A stretch of DNA of 61,491 bases, filler included, from Pirum gemmata (GCA_002812295.1; 19 parts of 19 records of this genome joined end to end with filler, not necessarily neighbours in it), one strand, 5' to 3'. Numbered from the whole stretch's first letter, positions 11,991 through 25,033 are shown. Made by a program: numbers and translations. Notes: a model not told the origin generated them from the sequence alone.

Positions 11991-13975
11991 TTTTCGACGT
12001 CCACTGTCTTGTTGGTTTTCTTTGTGTTAGTATCCATATGTGACTTTTTAGTATTCTTGGTGGTTTTTTTCTATTGATTCTCCTTTTTTTAATTATCTCT
12101 TCCCATTCATTTTGTTCTATATTCCAAAGGTTGTTTAGGTTGTTATCATTAAAGGTTTTTGTTTTGAGGTTTTCTTCTATGTGTTTTATACTACTGTTTG
12201 TCACATTCTTTTGTAAATTCCATCTATTTGGAGGTATTATTATTGGTTTGGACTTTGAGCATATTATTTCTATTAATGTTTTTGTTGTTTCTTTTTTACA
12301 TATATATTTATATTACTGTTGTATTAACGGGTTAATGAAGATATTTTTTTTGTTTTATATCGTAAAATTCGTAGTTAAACTTATTGTTGTTGTTTGTTGA
12401 TGGTTGTATGCTAGTTTTAATAATTGTTCTGTGTTGTTTTGTATTGGGATCATGTTTTGTAGGGTTTGCATTGTGTGAATTATCCATGTTGGTAATAATT
12501 TATTGTTGTTTGTGTTGTTAATAATGTTGTGTATTGTGAGATTTTGATTGTAGTTATGATGTGAATGGTTTGTGAGTAAGTTGTACTTGCCAAGGAGGCA
12601 ATGTTCTCTTTGTTAAGAAATTGTTCATGTTGATGCCTCCTTTGTTTTGGGTGTTTTGATATTGTCTTGTGTGAATTGGTTGTTGGTAAAAAAGGTTGTG
12701 ATTTTTTGTTGTAGGGGTTGAAGTAACTTATCTGGTACAAAGGCATTGGCCATGGAATATTGAGATTTTGCTAGCATTAAGGTGTTGGCTAAATCCATTC
12801 TTTCTAATATGGGTAGAGCTTTCGATTTTTTGGTTGTTTCTATTATACTAATTATTTTTCTTTCTAGTTTGTTGTAGTTTTCTTTTTGACTTGCCGGTGA
12901 GTTTCCTATAAATACCCCTAAGCTTTCCATTGTTTCTAGTTTATAATATTTTTTTTGATTATTCTGTAGAATGCCGTTTTCTTCTAATAAGGCTGACATT
13001 TTACGAAAGTACATTGTTTTTGTTTTATCTTTGTTTAATTTGCAGCCACCAATATTTTCACCAAAACTTGTTATTGTATTGATTACTAAAGAATGATTAA
13101 TGCATTTTTACCGAGGATATTAAGATCATCTGCGTATGCAGGAGGATATTTTTTTGTAATTAGGTTGATTATAAATCTTAAAAGTCATTACAAAAATATT
13201 TTCTATAACGAGCGTCCTTGATCAATTGTTCGAAATGGTTAAAATGATCATGATTATACATAGTTATTTAAGTAATAATTGGAAATAAATCCAATCGGCG
13301 TGATTGGATTTATTTCTAATTATTATTTAAATGACAATATGTATAATCGTGATCAATTTAATTATTTCGAACAATTTTTGCAAAATTAACATTGGGTAAT
13401 CTTGTCTTATACTTCTTGTTGTAACTATGGGTGTTGAGTAGAAACCATGATTTTGACATGTACTATGGAGTTTTCATATAAGTTTTGGATTATTGTTATA
13501 AAATTCTTCTGGGAATCCAAAGGAATCTAGAATGTTATATAATAAAGACCATCTTGCTCTGTCGAAAGCTTTTTCCATGTCAGTATTCAATAGTATGGAA
13601 TTGAGGTTGTTTATCTCTTCGTAAAAAAGAATATTGTTTCATTTATGTTTCTTCCTGATACTTCACATGTTTGGCCTGCACTTATGATGTGGGGCATTAT
13701 TTTGTGTAATTTATCTGCTATTGCTGCTGCTATAATTTTGTAGTCGGTGTTCATTAGTGTTACAGGCCTATAGTTTTTTAAGTTTGATCTATCGTTTTTC
13801 TTAAATATAGGTTGTATTATACCTATGTAGAAAGATCGTGGTGGTTTGTCTCCATTGTAGATACTTACTATTGTATCTTTGATGTAGTCTTTGATATCAT
13901 TCCAGAAATATATATATATATATCTAATCATAAACGAAATGAAAAGAAAAAAAGCACTGGCCTATGATGGAATAC
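11991..13975 (-). mobile_element. Decayed, 5'-truncated non-LTR retrotransposon ORF2 (L1/Tx1-like reverse transcriptase)
   Basis: Minus-strand motifs occur in order: FWNDIK, PIFKKNDRSNLKNYRPVTLMNTDYKII, DMEKAFDR, SIRQDYP (degenerate GxRQGxP), AYADDL (YADD at 13136-13125), GGCKLNKDKT, LGVFIG, RMDLANTLMLAKSQY. Multiple stops and frameshifts. Confidence 0.92.
13227..13373. mobile_element. ~147-bp foldback (palindromic) element inserted in the LINE RT domain
   Basis: Imperfect ~70-bp arms TGTTCGAAAT...GAAATAAATCCAATC and GATTGGATTTATTTC...ATTTCGAACA around a 5-nt loop GGCGT. It interrupts the RT between the RQ and YADD motifs. Confidence 0.8.
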
Positions 13976-14139
13976 TTTTAGCTACTTGCTAGTAGTAAAG
14001 AGACTAGGTAGGGTTATTTAGTATTATTTACTGGCTATTGATAGCATAATAAATGATATCAACTAAATTATTTCAACTGATTTTGTTCTACTTACAACAT
14101 TTTCAACCGGTTTCCTAGCTTTTTCAAAGGTGCCATTTT

Positions 14140-14455
14140 TTTACTTTTAACTTTAATAGTTCCTTCAAGTTCTATAACTTTTATTTTGTAACTTACAGTC
14201 ATTCCTCTCCCGTTAGAGGATAACTTTAAATAAAATTTCTCTTTAAAAAAAACAGATAACATTCACTCATTTTGAATTTTTGTTATAAATAATGGTTGGG
14301 TATACAAACTGTAAAGTTATGGTTATATTTAAAAACAAAAACTGTGAAGTTATGGTTTTACAAACAAAACTGTAAAGTTATGGTTTTTTTAACAAAAATT
14401 ACCGGTAGTCAAAGTTATGGTTTTTTATACTAAAAATTAAAAGTTACGGTTAGGA
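14140..14455. repeat. Array of five AAAGTTATGGTT-type units (~30-36-bp period) preceded by inverted TAACTTT units
   Basis: Units near 14312, 14346, 14373, 14411 and 14440; TAACTTT copies within 14147-14228. Confidence 0.6.
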
Positions 14456-15373
14456 AAAAAAAGTTTAATACTTATTAAGTAAGTATTAGGCTAATATTAG
14501 TATTGTTAGGCATAATTATTACTATATTTAGTACTTTTATTTGGGTTTTTGTCCCAAGTGGGTTGTAAATTGTAATAATATAAATAATAATATTAATAAT
14601 TATCAACTTTATATACATCATAGCTTTTGCAATATATTAATTATTAACTAGTACTTTTATAATTTAAAATTTACAATTATATCATGGAAGTTGGTAAGAA
14701 AAAAGCAAGCTTTTACAATATTAATATTAGAAAAATATCAGCCACATGCAAAGGAACTTCATCAGTAAGAATTTGGTACTTCTTAGTGTTGATACATGTT
14801 AAGTAGTTAGTATATTATAGTATATAGTTTATTATTAATATACTTATATGATTTATATATATATAATATTATGTTTTATTTTATAATATTTGAAGTCTAG
14901 CTAATTGGCAGATAATAATAAGTTNTGGGTTGGGGTTGAGAAATAAAAACAAGAAAACGATGCAGCTGGTAACTAAAACTAGACCATAACTATTATTATT
15001 ACTGTCGTAATAGTAATTGCATGCAGTAGCAGTGGTAGTAGTAATGGCATGGGATATTTGTATTGGTATTGGTATTGGTATTGGTATTGGTATTGGTATT
15101 GGTAGTGGTAGTGGTAGTGGTCGTAGTAGTAAGAATGGGGGTGGTAATGCTAATGTAGTAGTAATAGAGTCATAGCTATGGGGGTTATAATGCTATTCTA
15201 GTAGCAACAGAGTCTTAGCTATGGTGACGGTGGTGATTGTTGTTGTACCTTCATATGTGCACCTTGAAAAACTTCATCTTCGCTGTTCGAAAACCCAGCG
15301 AAGTAGCTATTGTAATTGTTGTCGTTGCTGTCGTTGTTGTTGTTATTGTTGCTGTTGTTGTTGATGTTGTTGC

Positions 15374-15440
<67 letters not shown>

Positions 15441-16508
15441 ACCAGCACTACCAAAAACTAAGTTTTTGTCCCGTGCATTAGGGTTATCTGCCATTTGGTA
15501 TATATAAGTATACTCGATTTGGACATAAACTTCAAGCTCATAAAACTAAACTCATGATATGTTAAATTGCAATTTAAAAAATATAAAATTATACTTTGGT
15601 GTTACTGTTGTTATTATTATTATTATTATTGCTGTCGTTGTTGTTGTTAATATAATAATTAAATGAAAAAAACCATAAAAATCACAAAACAATATTAGTT
15701 TGATATATATATATATATATATACATCCTCGATAATATCCCAATTGACTCAAACAAAATCATACGGACTCGTATTAACTTTCTGNNNNNNNNNNNNNNNN
15801 NNNNNNNNNNNNNNNNNNNNNNNNNNNNNNNNNNNNNNNNNNNNNNNNNNNNNNNNNNNNTACTATTACTATTACTATTACTATTACTATTACTATTACT
15901 ATTACTATTACTGTTACTGTTACTGTTACTGTTACTATTACTATTACTATTACTATTACTACTATTACTATTAGTATAACTATTACTATCACTATTACTA
16001 TTACTATTACCACCACTATTACCATTACTATTTTATTACTATTGCTATTAGTTTCAGTTTTACCTGGAACATCCGACAAAGGTTAGTTTTAGAACCACGT
16101 AACTGGTATCATTATTACCATTACCATTACTATCACTATCACTATTACTATTACTATTACTACCACTACCACTATTACTATTACTATTACTATTACTATT
16201 ACTATTACTATTACTATTACTATTAATATTAATATTACTATTACTATTACTATTGTTATTACTATTACTATTACTATTACTATTACTATTACTATTAATA
16301 TTAATATTACTATTACTATTACTATTACCATTACCATAACTATTATTATTACTATTACTATTATTATCACTATTACTATTATTCTTACTATTACTATTAC
16401 TATTNCTACTATTACTATTACTATTACTGTTACTATTACTATTACTATTACTATTACTATTACTACTACTACTATTATTATTATTATTACTATTACTATT
16501 AGTTTTAC

Positions 16509-16653
16509 CTGGCACATCCGGCAAAGGCAGACTGGGCTTGGAAGCACGTGACTGGTATGCCTTCCAGTTAGATTTATTGATATTTGGGCGACGACCTTGT
16601 ACAATGTTGGATCTTCTCACCGCTCCACTTCGAGAGTTTCCTACCAACAAGGA
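16509..16653 (-). CDS. Probable internal exon of an unidentified gene
   Basis: GC-richer island bounded by a TATAG acceptor and a CCAG/GTAAAA donor, with one open frame SLLVGNSRSGAVRRSNIVQGRRPNINKSNWKAYQSRASKPSLPLPDVP. Confidence 0.4.
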
Positions 16654-17199
16654 CCTATAATAATATATATTAATAATGGTAATATAATGTTAATGATTAA
16701 CTAGTTAATAATAATAATAATAATAATAATTAATCAATAACCAATAATCAATAATCAATTAATCAATAATATTTAGTAATGGTAATATAATAATATTTAA
16801 GTAAATAATAATGATGATGATAATAATAAATTAATTAATAATAAATAATAAATTAATCAATAATAAATAATAAACTGATCAATAATAAATAATAAATTAA
16901 TCAATAATATATGAATCAATTAGTAATGCTGATTTAATAATACTAATAATAATAATAATNNNNNNNNNNNNNNNNNNNNNNNNNNNNNNNNNNNNNNNNN
17001 NNNTTAATTAATTAANNNNNNNNNNNNNNNNNNNNNNNNNNNNNNNNNNNNNNNNNNNNAATAATAATGTATTAATATATTAATAATTATATCATTAAAT
17101 TTTATTATATTATACATTGATTATATAATATGTATAATCATAGTCAGAATATTATATATTATAATATATTATGTCATATATATTATAATACATTATAAT

Positions 17200-18620
17200 T
17201 ATATTATTATATACATCGTACTTATACATTATAATTATATTATTATATACATCGTACTTATGTAGGGAACATCATTAATGACGTCATCATAAACAACAGG
17301 CCAGACCCCCATATTCTGATTCTATCAGATAAAAATTCTAAGCTTTCAGATTAAAATATAAGTCATTAAGTTGGTAATCTATAAAAAGTGTATAAAAGTG
17401 ACGTCATTGATGATGTTCCATCGTGTTGAAACTTGATTGTTTGACTATTGCTTGTTCCTTTTCTTTTGAGATCGCAATTTCGCATAGGCGGCATAGCGGT
17501 AGGGCAGTTCAGGACTGATCTGTCGTCACTGATGATTTACATTATTTTTACTTATTTTTATACTTTTTTATAATAAATAATATTATAAATATGATAGCGT
17601 CGATTACAATTTCTAAAATTTATTTATTTATAAATCAATTAAATCCTATATATATTTATAATAATATATCATTTATAGTTCATTTATTATATTATAATAT
17701 ATTATATGGAACCAGTATGGAGCCAGAAATTCTGATATGGGTCTTTCGGTCTTTCGGAACTTTTCTATATATTATTATAATTTATACAGTTATTAATAAC
17801 ATCATAATGACGTCATCATAAACAACAGACCTAAGCTTTCAGATTAAAATATAATTCATTAAGTTGGTAATATATAAAAAGGGTATTTAAAAAAGTGACG
17901 TCATTGATAGTGTTCCATACGATTTCGTGTTGAAAACTTGAAACTTGATTGTTTGCTCTCTTTGCTCCTGAGATCGCAATTTCGCATGGCGCCAGGGCAG
18001 TCCATGATCTGTCGTCGCTGATTATAAAGCGCCAGGGCAGTCGTCCATTGATCTGTCGTCGCTGATTATAAATATTATTAAAAATTTTATAAATAATAAA
18101 TAATAATTATAAATATATATGATAATTAGAATTTTAAATTTCAATTATTTATTTATTTATAAGTCAATTAATTCTTATATAATATTTATAATAATATATC
18201 ATTTATAGTTCATTTATTATAATATTATTATATTATATACATTATATGGAACCAGTATGGAACCAAATATGGATATTTTCGGAACTTTTCTATATATTAT
18301 GTAGTTATATATTATATAAATATATTATATAATTATTATATATATCGTACTTATAAATGACGTCATCATAAACAACACAGACCCCCACCATCTGATCCTA
18401 TCGGTGAAAATTCTAAACTTTTATCATAATAAATTAAAAAATATAAAGTATTACATCTATAAAAAGGGTATCTGATATTTTAAAAAGTGATGTGTGATGA
18501 TGTTCGGAATCATCATGTTCCCATATCGTATTGAAACTTGATTCTTTGTTCCTTTTCTTTTGAGATCGCAATTTCGCAATGGCGCCAGGGCAGTGTCACT
18601 GCAGTGTCGTCGATTATGTA
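17200..18620. repeat. Diverged tandem triplication (~530-560-bp unit): MITE-C + GC-rich core + AT-rich spacer
   Basis: TTGAAACTTGATT...GAGATCGCAATTTCGCA...AGGGCAGT...TGTCGTC at ~17425, ~17930 and ~18530. ATTATATGGAACCAGTATGGA occurs at ~17702 and ~18241. Confidence 0.85.
17265..17419. mobile_element. MITE-C, ~155 bp, Harbinger-like TIRs
   Basis: GGAACATCATTAATGACGTCA ... TGACGTCATTGATGATGTTCC (20/21 match). Further copies at 17798-17916, 18356-18505 and partial at 51061-51306. Confidence 0.8.
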
Positions 18621-19986
18621 TAGTCTACCAGATTTATCAATCAATTTATTGGTGTCATCAATGCTTTGTTCTTGAAATTTTATGGACGTGAATTACTTCA
18701 GAAAACCTTACTAATTCATTACTTTTTTTATTTCGTTGCTTAAATTTCATAATTTTCTTTCTCTTTTCGAATATTCAAACGTAAATCATGTACTCCATTT
18801 GTTCATCAGAAAACTCCCATCAATTATTTCTTCGGCTTGTTTTTTTGTTAATTAATAAGTCTAATTCAGTCGTATTCCTAACCCTAACCCGCTCCCTAAC
18901 CCTAACCCTATTTTTTTAAAAAACCCCTAACCCTATATAATATATATGAATAATATTAATAAATATAATATGATAGCGTCGATTACAATTTTTAATACGA
19001 TAGACCTATAGCTATCAATAGCCTCTAATGCCCTCTATCAATTATAATTATTTATTTTTTTTTAAAATATTTACAAGTTTTTTTTTTTAATAAAATAATA
19101 TATTACGTGTTTTTCAATACCCCGAGTAGTGTTGTCCAGTTCAAAAACTGAAATAAACGTACCAAATTATTATTATGGTTAAACTATCAGACAAATTATA
19201 CACTTAAACAGTACCAAATTAAAGATTGAGAGGACAACTAATAAAATAGACGATATCACAATAGTTTTTCTAATTAAATTTATAATAAAGAAATATTTTA
19301 TTATAGATCATGTAACTCATGATAATGCTAGTTGATTATTTCTAGTTAGAGAAAAACTATTTCTAGGACTTTGTAATAATTATTAATTGGTGTCATGCAG
19401 TTTCCGCAGATACCAAGGTTAGGGTTAGGGCTAGGGTTAGGGTTAGAAAATTTAGGGTCATTTTTATATTATTTATGGTTTATTTTAATATGACAAAAAG
19501 GGAAAGCTCTCGAGAGTAACGCTGGAGAGTAGCGTAGTATCACGATAGCAATGTAATAACAACACTGTTGATTATTTATTTATTTCATTGATTTGCTAGA
19601 TTGATTTGTTCAATTGCTATTTTGACTACTGTAGGAGTACTGTTAACATTCTTGCCAATGTTCAGATTATGTTCTTGCCTTACAAAATTTAATATCGACT
19701 AATATTATAGACTATATATAGTTATTCTAATATATTATCTGATTATTTATATCATATTAAAAAAATAAGCACTTGAAAAAAAGGGGGGGTTCGGAGACTG
19801 TTCGGAGTCCTGTGTAGAACACACTGTAGACCCCTTCTCTAATAAGTAGCCTGATCTATAGTAGTCACGTAATTAGTTTGTAAACACTTTGTAAACCATC
19901 TGTGTCCCCCAGCTATCGTAGTAGCTAGTTAGTATAACTATCATACTAGCTAGTTCATATTTGAACTTGANNNNNNNNNNNNNNNN

Positions 19987-20031
<45 letters not shown>

Positions 20032-20116
20032 CAAAATTACTACTTCTAATAATAATAGCACCCACAATAATAATCATTATTAATAACATGTACAATAATA
20101 ATAATTTATTACGTAC

Positions 20117-20387
20117 CGTTGTATACAAATTCATTATCGCCCATAGAAGTGTTTTGCGTAGAATAATTAGTTTGGGAAAAAATTACAATATGCTTTAATT
20201 CAAAACCAGAACCTGTGTAAAAACTTAGAACGTCATCCTTGTTTTTGGGAGACCAGGTCAAAGTACTCTCTTCGATTTCACCACTGCTATCAACTAGTAA
20301 AGTTAATAAAGTAAACGCTGGCAGCGTTAGCAAGATGTTGAACTTAGACAACCACAAATTTAAAGTTAACATTGTCTTTGTTCTCAT
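20117..20387 (-). CDS. Probable first exon of a secreted or membrane protein
   Basis: ATG in an A-rich context, hydrophobic N-terminal stretch (NILLTLPAFTLLTLLVDS), and a G/GTACGT donor at 20116 followed by an (ATT)n intron-like tract. Confidence 0.45.
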
Positions 20388-20940
20388 TGCTTTTGTTTTT
20401 GAATAGTTTTTAATAGGAGCGTTATAATTATTAAAGTGTTTATTTTTTTTTCTTAGTTCTTACTTTTTTTTGCTTTATGCTCTTTGATTTTTTTTATTTT
20501 CATTTTTATTCTACCCTTTGGTATTATTATATATATACCATTTTGTCTGTCTGAGTATCAGAAATTCTCGATTTCTTCTGTATGTATATAATATTATATT
20601 ATATCGATTATTCATATGAACACATCAAAATTATTTTTTTTAAAATTTTTATGATACAGTGGAGTTGTTCATTATTATCATTATTATTATTACTATATTA
20701 CTATTAATAATAATAATAATAATAATAAAAATAATAATAATTGTAACAATAATAATAATATATACATACAGANNNNNNNNNNNNNNNNNNNNNNNNNNNN
20801 NNNNNNNNNNNNNNNNTTAATTAATTAANNNNNNNNNNNNNNNNNNNNNNNNNNNNNNNNNNNNNNNNNNNNATTATTATTATTATTATTACTATTATCG
20901 TTTGCCCAAATTCTATGCTTTTCAGACTCTTTTCAGCATT

Positions 20941-23109
20941 ATGCCAAGCAGCACTAAACATAGTGAAATAAATGAGAATGACATTTACCAAATATTACAG
21001 GAGCTTCCTCCTTCCGAATTAGTAAAACTCGACGAAATGAAAGATAAAAAGGCTTTACTAAACTATTTGTCTGAATTAGCTTTAAAAAAAAAAATACGCA
21101 CACAACATACCTCAAAATCATCACCAAAAGACAATGATAACCCACAAGGAAAAAACAATACTGACACTAAAAACAAGGAAAAAATCTATTGTCCTGAAAA
21201 AAGTTCAAAAATACATGTCTATGAAGATGATAAAGAAAATGACTACAAGCTTTTAGTGGAACTACTGAATCAGTATGGTCACGAGTCTGTTCTGGAGGAG
21301 TTTCAATCTTTCACTGATATTGAAAGTTGTCAATTATTATTGCTTTTAGGTAATTTCAAACAAACGGTCACCATCCACATAACTGATTTTATAAACAACG
21401 TTCTTGCTTTGAAAAGTCAAACCACTGTCGAGCAAGATGGTCAAACAACTAAAACACAACAGCAACAAAATGATGGCCGTAAAGAAGAAGAATATACACC
21501 TATATCTGAAGAAAGGAAAAAAACTGAACATTTAATTATTAATTTTATAACCGACATTATTGAAACTAAACATCAAACTCATGACATACTTTGTGATTGT
21601 GTCAATTTTCTTTTGAGTTATGAGTTGTATAAATTTGTCGTCGAATTCATCGGACATTGGGGTGTTGCACAACCTTCCGAATATCACTTAATGAAACACG
21701 AATATAATAGAGCAACTTCTCGAGGCCAAAATGCTGATCATGTGGCCCCTGAACCTCAAAAAATAGAAGAGGTAACAACATGTGAAAATGAAAAACAACA
21801 TGTACAACATAGTGATCAACAACAGAATCACCAGCGGAAGCAAAATCCTCAAAATCAAAATAACATGCAAGAAAAACAAACAACCTTATATTTACAAAAC
21901 GAATATAACAATATGAATAACAGCTTGTTGTGCGAAAGGGCAAATTATTCTGAAATAAAATTAGAAGAGTTGCGTGTGTTTGACTTTCCAAGTAGTGTTT
22001 TTGTTCAAGGGAAACTGGTTGTGGAACCTTACGTGCAAGTTTCAAAATGCAAAGCGTTTACTGTACTGACTACTTATTTAAAAGACAAATATGAAGTAAT
22101 AAGAAGTGTAAGCTTTTTTAATCAATTTACTGTAAATACGAGTAATAATAACAATAATGATAACAATATCAATAATAACGATAATAATAATAACAGAAAA
22201 AATAATAATAATAATAGTACCAGTAGTACCAGTAGTAATAGTAGTAGTAGTAGTAGTAGTAGTAGTCGTAGCAGTAGTAGTAGTAGAAAGAACCATAATA
22301 ATAATCGTGGTGAAAAGAAAAATAATTTTAATTACACAGAAAAAGAATTGAATTCTATTTTTGCAGCTAATTCAACTATAAGAATATATGATCCAGCTTA
22401 CAAAATACTACGTGATGGTTCGCGTGGTATTCGAGTTGATGATTTAAGTGATTTACAATTTATAAATGAGGCAAGTACTTCTAATAAGTGTGTGAATACT
22501 AATATCAACAACGAATCACAAGACAGTATAAACCAGTCTCCTAAAACTACAACAGTGAATAACAGCAATGATAACAATAAGAATAACTTTTGCGATGATA
22601 GCGATAGTGATACAATTGAAACTGTGGCTGCAAATAATACTGGTAATAATAATCATAACCAAAAAAACAATGATGGCAATATAAACTTCTGTGATCAAAA
22701 TAATAATAAGGATAGTGTAATAGCTGAAACATGCTTGCTTAACACAAGGGAAATCGGCAAACAGTTGTGCTTTGAAAAAAAATACAAAATTGCTTTAACT
22801 ACTTACTTGCAAGGTTTAACGTGTTCTGCCGATGCTCAATTGCTAGCCGTTTTGTTCTCTAACCGATCACAATGCACATTAGCCTGGTTAAAACAACATG
22901 GTAATACTGGTAAAAGTGTAGACGAAGATGAAATTAATTTGAGAATATCTTCGCTTTGTGATGCTGGTATTGCTTTGCTTCTTTCTCCCAACAACAAGAA
23001 ATCGTGGTTTAGGTATCGTGCATGTTTGTCACTGTGTGGGTTTAACGAGCTATTAAATAAGGCTATTGCGTTACAATCACAATTAAATACCTGTACGAAG
23101 AATGAAAAC

Positions 23110-23175
<66 letters not shown>

Positions 23176-23742
23176 CTGGAACTAAGTAAGGCACGAGGAT
23201 TGATTTGTAGTTTTTTGAATTTAGAACTAGAAAATTCTGATAAAAATAAGAAATACATGCACGATCATGGTTACAAGAACCCAAGTAATTCCAAAAGTCA
23301 AAATCAATGTGAAATGTTAAAAGCAAAAGGGAATTTATTTTACAAAAATAACGATTTTATTCAAGCGAAACAAGCGTATACTCTAGCTATTTCCAATTTG
23401 CCGAACGTTAAAAATATCCAAACTTTGTTTAGTAATATGGCTTTGTGTTGTTTAAAAATTAATGATTTTCCTGGTGCCTTAGCCACTTCGTCGGCCTCAT
23501 TGTTTTTAGGTGTAAATAGTCTTAACAGAAATAATGATGATTCTACAAACGAGAAAGCTTTACTAAGATTACAAACCGCGTTGTTTGGTATTGGTGATAA
23601 TAACTTATTAATTGAAATTAAAAAAATGAAGAAATTTCAAGATGTTAAAAAATGGAAATTGGCAGCGAATTTCGCATGTGATAACACCTATGAGAAGTTG
23701 GTGGATGTACACGAGTTGCCTATGTTATTATCTTTGTATTAG
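20941..23742 (+). CDS. Large TPR-repeat protein with a central OB-fold-like domain (resembles the N-terminal part of fungal-type TPR/SET proteins); may continue beyond the contig
   Basis: 2.8-kb open frame with first ATG at 20941. TPR motifs: REIGKQLCFEKKYKIALTTY...AVLFSNRSQCTL and LKAKGNLFYKNNDFIQAKQAYTLAI...LFSNMALCCLKINDF...EKALLR. Also IRIYDPAYKILRDGSRGIRVDDLSDLQF, and poly-N/S/Q inserts. Confidence 0.85.
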
Positions 23743-24486
23743 AAAATGTTTTTTTTTTTTTGTTNNNNNNNNNNNNNNNNNNNNNNNNNNNNNNNNNNNN
23801 NNNNNNNNTTAATTAATTAANNNNNNNNNNNNNNNNNNNNNNNNNNNNNNNNNNNNNNNNNNNNTAATAATAATAATAATAATAATAATGCCACAACTCG
23901 GTAATAAAAATACACATTTTCAGAACAACAAACAAACTTACGAAAATGAATACAAAATGCACGTTAATAATAAACTATAAAACAATAATCGAAAACATTA
24001 TGACATTGTACCGTTGGTGTGATACCCATACTGAGTTAAACTATCTCCAAAACAAATGACAGTCCCATGTCGCAAACTGTAATCTTTGTGACTCATAATT
24101 TACTATTATTCTTATTCTTATTCTTATTCTTATTCTTGTGTAAATAAGTACAAATCTGTAAAATGCTGCTTTCTTTTATAAAATGAAGTAGGGACATAGA
24201 CTAGTTTTTTGTTTGTTTGTTTGTTTGTTTGTTTGTTTGTTTGTTTGTTTGTTTGTTTGTTTGTTTGTTTGTTTTGTTTGTTTGTTTGTTTTGTTTGTTT
24301 TGTTTGTTTTGTTTGTTTGTTTTGTTTGTTTTGTTTGTTTCTTTGTTTCTTTGTTTGTTTGTTTGTTTGTTCAATTTTTATTTATTTATTTAGTCTATGC
24401 ATGTAGTTTTCACAGTAGTTTTCGCACATCGCTCTCAGATAAGTCAATAATAGTCTACAATAATAATTCTACTACAACTGGTAGCC

Positions 24487-24663
24487 TCATTTATTTTGCC
24501 ACTCCGAATATTTATTTGGTTAGTTATAATATTTAAAGTGATATTTTTAAATTAATAAATAGATATTAAAATTTACCAAATTAAATGAAATGGATTTATG
24601 TTGTATTAATTTGGTACTTTTTATTTTATATTTTACAATGACAAAAAAACAACTGAAAAGCAC
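24487..24663 (-). mobile_element. MITE-A copy (reverse, one end eroded)
   Basis: Reverse complement of 3785-3969, ending ...CAACTGAAAAGCAC. Confidence 0.8.
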
Positions 24664-24709
24664 TGAAAAGCACCGATAGTCTAAAAGGCCCATCGATAAA
24701 AAAAGGCGC

Positions 24710-24865
24710 GGGCGGACATTCATAAATCTCGTCACTTTTATTCTTTGATAGAAGTCATTGCCCGAAAGTGTGACTTAAACTGTTTTAGGCAAGTAGTTAA
24801 TTATAAAAATGAACTTTAAAATCATTACCAAAAGTGTTTTGGGCAAAGAGGCATAGGTAAGATTT
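24710..24865 (-). mobile_element. MITE-B copy (reverse)
   Basis: Reverse complement of 25609-25778 and 29657-29830. Confidence 0.75.
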
Positions 24866-24882
24866 CTTTTTTTCTTTTTTTA

Positions 24883-25033
24883 TTGTGTTTTTCAGTTATT
24901 TTGTCGTCATAAAATATACAATAAATAGTACCAAATTAATACAATATAATGCCAATTTATTTAATTTGGTATATTTTATTATATATTTATTTATTTAAAA
25001 GTACCCATTTAAATATTATAAACAGCCAAATAG
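24883..25033 (+). mobile_element. MITE-A copy (3' truncated)
   Basis: TTGTGTTTTTCAGTTATTTTGTCGTCATAAAATATACAATAAATAGTACCAAATTAA... Confidence 0.8.

Noticed and set aside
14305..14455. Repeat-spacer pattern resembling a CRISPR array
   Set aside because: Repeats are only 12-19 bp and degenerate, spacers are A/T-rich and related, there are no cas genes, and the context is eukaryotic.
17484..17535. tRNA D-arm-like GGCATAGCGGTAG and hammerhead-like CTGATGA
   Set aside because: No T-arm or acceptor stem, no stem II plus GAAA, and neither is retained in the other two tandem copies.
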